IMG/VR virus record: IMGVR_UViG_3300034126_000020
Coordinates: 128,001-192,000 of that record
Source of the DNA: a virus
Taxonomy: Duplodnaviria > Caudoviricetes
Direction: 5' to 3' (one strand)
DNA length: 64,000 bases
Shown here: positions 1 to 6,101 of the stretch, one piece after another
How positions within the stretch are numbered: the stretch's first letter is position 1
Layout: the number at the start of each line of letters is the position of its first letter
Translations under genes and position numbers: made by a program
The notes under the pieces: generated by a model
The model's input: the letters and a program-made list of their open reading frames with translations, nothing else
The model's database searches: none
What the model was told of the DNA's origin: nothing

Positions 1-396
1 CTGAAGTTTGGCCTCAACCCGCGCTAGGTCAAGTTCTCCATTCTTCACGGCGATGGCCACTAACTCCATGAAGATAGATTCGGATTTCCACACGTTGGTC
101 ATCTGGATGTAGTATCCGGGCGGCATCGTCCACGATTCACGAATCCACCAATCTGCTATCCATTGGGTAGTTGGGGTAGCCGGTTCGTCCAACTCTTTCA
201 AAATGTGTGCCAGTACCTGACACGCCATCTTTATTCGCTGGCGACGGATGTACAGCATCTTCCGCTCACCGTACTCTCGCTCAAACTTCCGACTGGTGAT
301 AGGTTTGAAGTCCAGCATTGGCCAGATGAGCTTCTGCAAGGCTCGATTGTCTGCCCAGTGTTTATAGGTCCAATACAGTCCGATGATAAATCGCAT
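1..396 (-). CDS. Hypothetical protein, 3'-truncated by window edge (MRFIIGLYWTYKHW...)
   Basis: Manual translation: ATG at 396 after GAGAGG RBS, frame open to base 1; absent from the ORF track. Confidence 0.6.
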   Translation of the reverse strand, partial: MRFIIGLYWTYKHWADNRALQKLIWPMLDFKPITSRKFEREYGERKMLYIRRQRIKMACQVLAHILKELDEPATPTTQWIADWWIRESWTMPPGYYIQMTNVWKSESIFMELVAIAVKNGELDLARVEAKLQ

Positions 397-412
397 GTCA
401 CCTCTCCTCTAT

Positions 413-889
413 CTACTCTACCCGCAGCAGGACGTTGTCTTCAAACGTGTGCCACAGGTGAAGAGACTGCTTCTCCATCATCACAGCTTGCATCGCAGGG
501 ATGTCCAGAGCGTCGTAGGTCGAGGCGTAAGTGGCCAAGGCATGTACGACACTGTTCGATCCGGCAATCGACACCATGCGATCCTGAGAGGCTTGTGTGA
601 TCTCTTTGAAGTCCAAGTAGTCGCCCACGACGTTGATGGTCTGTGGGATCTCGTTGTTGGCATACTTGCTTGTCAGGTGTCGCAGGGCTATTGCTGCCAG
701 CATGATTCGCTGACGTGCGACAAACATGCCGCCCTCCCGACCGATCTTCTCCAATGCCCGTGTAGGGATGTGTTGGAGACCACCGTGCTGCTCACACAGT
801 GCCATGTACTTCTTCCCGGCTCGCTGACCACTGAAGTAGCCTGTGAAGTAGCCTTTAATGAAACCGATGTAGTATTGAACTGAACGCAT
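413..889 (-). CDS. Hypothetical protein (~158 aa)
   Basis: ORF 413..958; start trimmed to MRSVQYY because a terminator hairpin lies at 932-947. Confidence 0.6.
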   Translation of the reverse strand: MRSVQYYIGFIKGYFTGYFSGQRAGKKYMALCEQHGGLQHIPTRALEKIGREGGMFVARQRIMLAAIALRHLTSKYANNEIPQTINVVGDYLDFKEITQASQDRMVSIAGSNSVVHALATYASTYDALDIPAMQAVMMEKQSLHLWHTFEDNVLLRVE

Positions 890-931
890 GGTGGATTCCC
901 AATGGTAGGTTATACTGGTGACGGCATAAGT

Positions 932-947
932 GGAGGCCGAAGCCTCC
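932..947 (-). terminator. Hairpin with cUUCGg loop on the minus strand
   Basis: ggaggc-cgaa-gcctcc just after the stop of 951..1334. Confidence 0.6.
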
Positions 948-950
948 GAG

Positions 951-1334
951 TTATGCACTGAATTGTGTCGCAGGCATTACTGGTGCATCCACGATCTGTT
1001 CAATGACGTCGTAACGCCCTCGATGGAGGAGCAACGCGATCATTGACAGCTTACCCTTATCGCCCGGCGTTTGTGCCTGTAGCGAGAAGCCAAACCGATT
1101 GATGACTCTTTCCATGAGAGAAGCGTACTTCTCGTCAATAATGGTCACCTTCATCGATTCAACCAGAGCGAGTAGCGGTATCTGTGCTTCGTCCGCTTCT
1201 AGAGAGCGGATCTTCTCTGTACCTAACTCCATTGCGTGGCTGTATGACTTTCCAATGCCCATGAACTGAGCCGTCAGGTCAGCATTGTCATCGAAAGCCC
1301 CACGGAATGAAGGATGAAACAGGTAGTAATGCAT
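951..1334 (-). CDS. Hypothetical protein
   Basis: 127-aa ORF with GGAG RBS, co-oriented with neighbours. Confidence 0.65.
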   Translation of the reverse strand: MHYYLFHPSFRGAFDDNADLTAQFMGIGKSYSHAMELGTEKIRSLEADEAQIPLLALVESMKVTIIDEKYASLMERVINRFGFSLQAQTPGDKGKLSMIALLLHRGRYDVIEQIVDAPVMPATQFSA

Positions 1335-1574
1335 GTAGCGCTCCTAGTGTGTGCTGCTTCTCCCCAAGCAACGTGGTCCGGCATAACTGCCCGCCTGCCT
1401 CGGAAGACAAGCGGGCAAGCTAGAGGCTTTGTCGATCACTGTTCGATCGAGTCACATGTCGCGGCTGGCATGAGCCAGATCGTACAACAGTCCATCCGGG
1501 TAACACTCAGGCATCTACTCAGACGGACCTCGAGTAGAGACTGCTCACTGGGTGTGCACCCCCATGAGATGTGT

Positions 1575-1826
1575 TCAGTTACAGTTCATCGGAATGGGCG
1601 GATCGAACACCTCGGTAGTCACTAGACGACCACTGGCATTGCCCAGCCCATCTTCCTCAAGAACTATGAAGCCTTTGGAGCGCAGTAGATAAGGTTGCGG
1701 TGGAAGGGTGAAGAACCCATCTGGTGGAGTCCAACCTTCCAACTTCAACTTCTCCAGATCAATCGGAGGAGACGGGGGTGCTTCTAAACGCCGCCTACGA
1801 GCACCTTTACGATTGCACATTCTCAA
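1575..1826 (-). CDS. Small hypothetical protein
   Basis: 83-aa ORF with GGAG upstream of ATG. Confidence 0.45.
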   Translation of the reverse strand: MRMCNRKGARRRRLEAPPSPPIDLEKLKLEGWTPPDGFFTLPPQPYLLRSKGFIVLEEDGLGNASGRLVTTEVFDPPIPMNCN

Positions 1827-1841
1827 CTCCGAAATAAAAGA

Positions 1842-1955
1842 CAGTGAAGCCGTGCTCCTCTCGTGTCCGGGACTTTTCCCTCATCCTGAGGACTATACCC
1901 GCTGTTCACCTTACGAGGGTTACTTTGGGCTCGGCTAACGAGTACAGCTTCACTG
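1842..1955 (-). ncRNA. Putative structured RNA A (114 nt)
   Basis: 16-position closing stem CAGTGAAGCTGTACTC/GAGCACGGCTTCACTG (one GU pair, one mismatch), internal hairpins, followed by TCTTTT. Confidence 0.55.
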
Positions 1956-1964
1956 GCGCGCTCT

Positions 1965-2038
1965 TGGGGTGAACGGGGGAATCGAACCCTCGTGCGACGA
2001 TTCACAGTCGTCTGCCTTACCACTCGGCCACGCACACC
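1965..2038 (-). tRNA. trnH: tRNA-His(GUG)
   Basis: Anticodon arm GACGA-CTGTGAA-TCGTC, TTCGATT T-loop, encoded CCA; acceptor and T stems imperfect. Confidence 0.85.
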
Positions 2039-2111
2039 ACAAATTGAATCAACCAGCGGGACGGCGTCCGCCTACACCCTGCGCGCCGCGCAGGAATGCC
2101 ACTGATTGAAA

Positions 2112-2229
2112 GGGTCGTCCTAGGGAGACTCGAACTCCCGACCTCTGCCGCGTTGTTAAGCCCCTGATTCCCCCGCTGAGGAGGGAGGGGCTTGAAAGGC
2201 AGCGCTCTAACCGACTGAGCTACAGGACT
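2112..2229 (-). tRNA. tRNA-like gene with a hairpin inserted in the anticodon loop (identity uncertain)
   Basis: Canonical D arm GCTC-AGTCGGTTA-GAGC, T arm GGGAG-TTCGAGT-CTCCC and anticodon stem CTGCC/GGCAG, but the loop is 48 nt and the 3' end reads ACCC rather than ACCA. Confidence 0.75.
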
Positions 2230-2233
2230 AAAA

Positions 2234-2309
2234 TGGCTCCACGACCTGGACTCGAACCAGGGACACTACGGTTAACAGCCGTATGCTCTACCAACTGAGC
2301 TATCGCGGA
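2234..2309 (-). tRNA. trnN: tRNA-Asn(GUU)
   Basis: TACGG-CTGTTAA-CCGTA; full cloverleaf with CCA. Confidence 0.97.
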
Positions 2310-2310
2310 A

Positions 2311-2410
2311 TGGCGTTCACTGCTGGGCTGTACCCAGACCCCCTGAGCGACCTACCCTTGTCCGGTTGACCCGCAGGCGACCGAGGATAAGCTGCCAATG
2401 GGCAGTGAAC
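2311..2410 (-). ncRNA. Putative CCA-ended tRNA-mimic RNA B (100 nt)
   Basis: GTTCACTG/CAGTGAAC 8-bp stem + G + CCA; adjacent 5-bp hairpin CTGGG-TACAG-CCCAG; long irregular inner hairpin. Confidence 0.6.
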
Positions 2411-2419
2411 GGTTTATCA

Positions 2420-2532
2420 ACATCTTCAAGTAGATTTCACCTTGCCTACGCCGGTTGTTACTTTCTACTCGCTGACCCGAAGGTTGACTCCCTGCATCCA
2501 GGCTCACGCTTTAACTGGATACTTGAAGATGT
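2420..2532 (-). ncRNA. Putative structured RNA C (113 nt)
   Basis: 13-bp perfect terminal inverted repeat acatcttcaagta/tacttgaagatgt; inner ATCCAG/CTGGAT stem and ACC-TTCG-GGT tetraloop on the minus strand. Confidence 0.55.
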
Positions 2533-2539
2533 CGACAAC

Positions 2540-2614
2540 TGGAAGAGGTATCTGGGATCGAACCAGAGAATGATGGGATCAAAGCCCATTGCCTTACCGC
2601 TTGGCTATACCTCT
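2540..2614 (-). tRNA. trnQ: tRNA-Gln(UUG)
   Basis: ATGGG-CTTTGAT-CCCAT; cloverleaf with CCA. Confidence 0.95.
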
Positions 2615-2619
2615 AAATG

Positions 2620-2696
2620 TGGCGGCTCCAAGGGGACTTGAACCCCTGACCCCCGGCGTGACAGGCCGGTGCTCTAACCAACTGAGCTATGGAACC
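2620..2696 (-). tRNA. trnD: tRNA-Asp(GUC)
   Basis: CCGGC-CTGTCAC-GCCGG; cloverleaf with CCA. Confidence 0.97.
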
Positions 2697-2869
2697 TATG
2701 ACAGCTACCATCCCGCCGCGCTGCGGCCCGTCTACACTGCCAGCACCACGATCTTATTCAGACCGCTGCTGAGAATTGAGGTTGGGACCCGACGTGCGGC
2801 AATCCCGTCCTACGACGATTCATGGGAGGTACAACTCTGCATCCCACCGCCAAGGCAGTGGGCAATAAA

Positions 2870-2957
2870 TGGTGGAGAGAGAAGGATTTGAACCTTCGAA
2901 GTGCGATCGCACGTCAGATTTACAGTCTGATTCCTTTAACCGCTCGGAAACCTCTCC
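2870..2957 (-). tRNA. trnY: tRNA-Tyr(GUA)
   Basis: TCAGA-CTGTAAA-TCTGA; long variable arm; CCA. Confidence 0.97.
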
Positions 2958-2965
2958 GGATAGGG

Positions 2966-3065
2966 TGGAAAGGCCGGCGCCCAAAGCCGCAAGTGGCACG
3001 AATGCCGATCCCTTCGCTGCTCAAAGGCTGCACGGATCACGGCGGCGGAGGCGCCGGCCTTTCCA
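2966..3065 (-). ncRNA. Putative structured RNA D (100 nt)
   Basis: 16-bp perfect closing stem tggaaaggccggcgcc/ggcgccggcctttcca enclosing a branched GC-rich core. Confidence 0.55.
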
Positions 3066-3200
3066 AACGCTCGAAGCCTAGGACGTTTTTCGCCTACAAC
3101 CGTTTTAAGGGGTAAGGGACAAAGGCTCTTCACATAGACTACGTACATCGTGTATTTTTTTACACGATTACAAGGACTTACCGGAGAGACAGGCATAAAC

Positions 3201-3218
3201 GCCGTGCTTTTGCACGGC
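3201..3218. terminator. Hairpin downstream of 3235..4077
   Basis: gccgtgc-tttt-gcacggc flanked by gcata...tatgc. Confidence 0.5.
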
Positions 3219-3234
3219 GCTATGCAGGAGGGTG

Positions 3235-4077
3235 TTACACCAGACGACGGTTACCGTCGGCCAGTTGGACTTCGATTTCGATCTGGAAGTCTTCAGAGAA
3301 CGAGGAGGTCACGTGAGTGATACCGCGCTGTACGTCCATGCCGATGTCGAACAACAGTTCTTCACCGATGTCGCCCGAGATGCCGAAGCCACGCACCATC
3401 TTCTCAACGCGCACAGTGGCGTCGTCGATCTGATCGCCATTCGGACCAAAGACCTTGACGGACTTGACCGGGACGTTGTAGATAGTGCCGGTGTAGCAGC
3501 ATGCGTCGATCTGACCTTCCAGCGCCTTGAAGATGCGTGGCATGATGTCGAAGCGAGTGCCGTTGGCCACCGAGAAACGGATCAGTGCTTTGTGCTGAAC
3601 ACGGGCTTCTGGCAACAGCAGTTCCAGACGCTGGGTCAGAACGGTTTCCAGACCTTGCATCAGACGCAGTTGCTCTTGTTGCAGAGCAAGCTGGTGGATG
3701 TCGAGGACTGGCAGGTTTTCGATGCTGCTCAGTTGAGCTTCAGTCAGCTCTTCTTTTGGCAGCGTCAGCAGCTCTTGACGGAACAAGAAGTCAGAGAGCT
3801 TTTGAAGACGATCGTAGTTCTCAGCACGCTCGCCTTTGAGGCGCTGAATGAACGGAGGCAAATCGGAAGCATCACCGATAGCGATGTACGCTTTCTCGAA
3901 CGTTTCCACTGGCGAGAGGCTCACGTAACCGTCTTCGTATTCGACTACGTAGACTTCCTCTTCCATGTTTGGATGGTTACCGCCGACTGCGCGGGTTTCA
4001 GCAGCCAGGCTGCGGGACATCTTGGCAGCGCGAACAATCTTGGTGCCAGTGTAGTGTTGGTAGGTTGGAAGCGACAT
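3235..4077 (-). CDS. Multi-domain phage protein (YxGTK...YEDGY.S.SP..TFEKAY N-terminal domain, coiled coil, C-terminal beta domain)
   Basis: 280-aa ORF; N-terminal motif recognised from a widespread small phage protein family. Confidence 0.7.
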   Translation of the reverse strand: MSLPTYQHYTGTKIVRAAKMSRSLAAETRAVGGNHPNMEEEVYVVEYEDGYVSLSPVETFEKAYIAIGDASDLPPFIQRLKGERAENYDRLQKLSDFLFRQELLTLPKEELTEAQLSSIENLPVLDIHQLALQQEQLRLMQGLETVLTQRLELLLPEARVQHKALIRFSVANGTRFDIMPRIFKALEGQIDACCYTGTIYNVPVKSVKVFGPNGDQIDDATVRVEKMVRGFGISGDIGEELLFDIGMDVQRGITHVTSSFSEDFQIEIEVQLADGNRRLV

Positions 4078-4246
4078 CGGTAGATCCTTACCGTAATGAG
4101 AAATAGGCGGGGGCTTGTAGCCGTTCCATGTTGCGGACGGGTGCGCTAGGTTCGAAACGAGGTAGATGGCCTCTCTACAAACCCCCTAAAGCAACCAACG
4201 TGATGGCACATTGGTCTTTCATAGACTACTTCTCAAACGGACTTTT

Positions 4247-4675
4247 TTACTCGGCCCGGAGGCGCTTGTCCAATTCGTCACCCAGGATGTTGTAGGTATA
4301 GCGGTCCAGGGTGCCCGACTTGATGCAGCTGTTCGCGTGATCGTGCTCGAAGCCTTCGAGCTGGGCGAGGGTGGCGCAGATCGTGTACGAACGAATGCGT
4401 CCTTCACCACACTGAACGTAGACCACTTCAGCACCGGCGTCACGTTGCTCTTCAGCGAACTTGAAGATCTCTGCTGCACGCTCTGGTGTCATGCAACCTT
4501 CCGGGTCGAGTTCCGGAGCATGGTCACGAGGGAAGAACATCACTTGCAGCAGTGGACGTTGGTCCTTGCCGGGGATGGCTACGCCGTTGCTGTAACGGTC
4601 AGTGATCGAGATCACAGGGGCTTTGGGGTCGACTTGTTGCAGACGGCCCTTGCTGATGTTAACGAGACGGGTCAT
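4247..4675 (-). CDS. Cys-based (Cx5R) phosphatase-like protein
   Basis: VYVQCGEGRIRS P-loop, N-terminal ISITD. Confidence 0.65.
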   Translation of the reverse strand: MTRLVNISKGRLQQVDPKAPVISITDRYSNGVAIPGKDQRPLLQVMFFPRDHAPELDPEGCMTPERAAEIFKFAEEQRDAGAEVVYVQCGEGRIRSYTICATLAQLEGFEHDHANSCIKSGTLDRYTYNILGDELDKRLRAE

Positions 4676-4690
4676 GCGTTTCTCCTAGGG

Positions 4691-5575
4691 TTACTTCAGT
4701 TGGTAGTCTTTGACGATCTTACCGCCGACTCCGGCGTTAATGACCATGGGGTTGATCCAGATGGTTTTACCAGATCGTTTATAAGTACGGTCATGACCAC
4801 GGCGATCATGTTCGCGACTCTGACGACGTTCACCGCAATCGCCAGTCTCAGTCCGACCTGCACTGACGATACGCTCTGACTTGTTGACCACCAGAATCCG
4901 GTAGCTGTCATACGGCAACGCTTTCTTACGTTGTTCGGTGAAGGTCATCTTCTTGGCAGGTATCTCCTGCTCAGAGATGTTACTGAAGGCAAAGGCTTCG
5001 CACAACTCACAGAGAGCCAGGGTTGGTCCTCGCATGGTGGCACCGGCCAGCTTCTCGAACCACTCCTTGCTCAGGCCAATGTCATTGGTCAGGGTGCAGG
5101 GGAGGATGCCGCTCTCAAGAAGCTCAAACATCGGGCCTTTCTCTGAGGGCATCTTGGCGATGAACGGTGCACTGATCCACGTGCTTTGATCAGGCACGTG
5201 ACTGACCACGGTGATCTCAATAGGGCCTGCGCCTTCCTGAGTGGCGATCACAATGATCTTGTCCCGATAACAGTGACCGGAGGTCATCAGTTTCAGTATC
5301 GGGTCCTCAATGTGGTGCAGGGCGGCTTCGGCTGCTATTGCTGCCAGATAGTCTTCCTTGTGGTAATACTCAATCACCACACAAGGGTAGGGCAACCGGA
5401 TCTTCTCCGGAAGACAACGCAGGTTGTTGTCCAACACCCGACCACCTTCCGGCAGTGCGAACTTAGGAGCTGTCATGGCTGCTTGAAGCGTCGCTGCCAA
5501 CTCATTGTTACCGGCAATCCGCTTCGAGCGTTTGAAGAACTCCATCGCTGTTCGGAAATAGTTAGGACCTTCCAT
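4691..5575 (-). CDS. Conserved phage protein with a C-terminal REHDRRGHxR..GK.IWI motif
   Basis: 294-aa ORF; basic His-containing C-terminal motif suggests nucleic-acid binding. Confidence 0.65.
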   Translation of the reverse strand: MEGPNYFRTAMEFFKRSKRIAGNNELAATLQAAMTAPKFALPEGGRVLDNNLRCLPEKIRLPYPCVVIEYYHKEDYLAAIAAEAALHHIEDPILKLMTSGHCYRDKIIVIATQEGAGPIEITVVSHVPDQSTWISAPFIAKMPSEKGPMFELLESGILPCTLTNDIGLSKEWFEKLAGATMRGPTLALCELCEAFAFSNISEQEIPAKKMTFTEQRKKALPYDSYRILVVNKSERIVSAGRTETGDCGERRQSREHDRRGHDRTYKRSGKTIWINPMVINAGVGGKIVKDYQLK

Positions 5576-6023
5576 TCTTTCTCCTGCTGTCGCCTAAGGC
5601 AACCGTGATATCTGCTTGGATGAACGGGTAGATGGCTCGGTAGACGTAACTGATGTCGTCTTCCCAGCTCAACCCGCCATGTCCACAGCCCATGGGTGGT
5701 AAGACAATGCGTCCGAGTCTGTGCCGTTGGGCCAAGACTGCAATCTTGTTGATGTGATGGACAACCAGACTACGGGGAGATGCGTCTCGCCAGTCTAGTT
5801 TCGTGGGCACCAACAGATAACGAATGTCGTTGTGTTTATACGTGATGATGTTCCCTGGCTCAATCGTTGGGTACATCTTGCGATAGTGCTTGTGAAGCCC
5901 TGGGACCGTGTTACGGGCAGTTCGAGCCACTCCGGCTCCCATTGCCCCGACCAGATTGATCGTGATCACACGGGTGTCCGCAGGGACGTCAAACAGGTCT
6001 TGTTCCACGATCGTTAGTGACAT
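5562..6023 (-). CDS. Macrodomain ADP-ribosyl hydrolase (DarG/Poa1p-like)
   Basis: NLVGAMGAGVA, PTKLDWRDAS and LPPMGCGHGGLSW motifs. Confidence 0.85.
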   Translation of the reverse strand: MSLTIVEQDLFDVPADTRVITINLVGAMGAGVARTARNTVPGLHKHYRKMYPTIEPGNIITYKHNDIRYLLVPTKLDWRDASPRSLVVHHINKIAVLAQRHRLGRIVLPPMGCGHGGLSWEDDISYVYRAIYPFIQADITVALGDSRRKNGRS

Positions 6024-6048
6024 TGAGATGGCCTCTGGTGTACAACTT

Positions 6049-6059
6049 GATAATGTATC
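6049..6059 (-). promoter_or_regulatory. Putative early (virion RNAP) promoter motif GATACATTATC
   Basis: Same 11-mer upstream of nvRNAP subunit and PhuZ genes. Confidence 0.7.
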
Positions 6060-6081
6060 GTCTTAACCAAATCGAATAAAA

Positions 6082-6099
6082 GGAGGGCCGAAGCCCTCC
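6082..6099 (-). terminator. Intrinsic terminator (UUCG loop, U-tract)
   Basis: ggagggc-cgaa-gccctcc preceded by aataaaa on the plus strand. Confidence 0.8.
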
Positions 6100-6101
6100 C
6101 C

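Noticed and set aside
1862-1890. GAGGGAAAAGTCCCGG resembles the RNase P RNA GAGGAAAGUCC motif
   Set aside because: The element is only 114 nt and lacks the complementary 3' P4 strand and the rest of the RNase P core.
1842-1955. Possible hammerhead ribozyme or SRP RNA
   Set aside because: No CUGAUGA/GAAA core in the right order on either strand, and no SRP helix-8 GGAA motif.
2112-2229. Group I intron or bona fide tRNA-Sec
   Set aside because: The insert is far too short for a self-splicing intron. The body lacks the 8-bp acceptor and long variable arm of tRNA-Sec, and no selA or selB genes are visible in the window.
2311-2410. tmRNA
   Set aside because: No G3-U70 alanine identity element, no TTC T-loop and no tag reading frame; too short.
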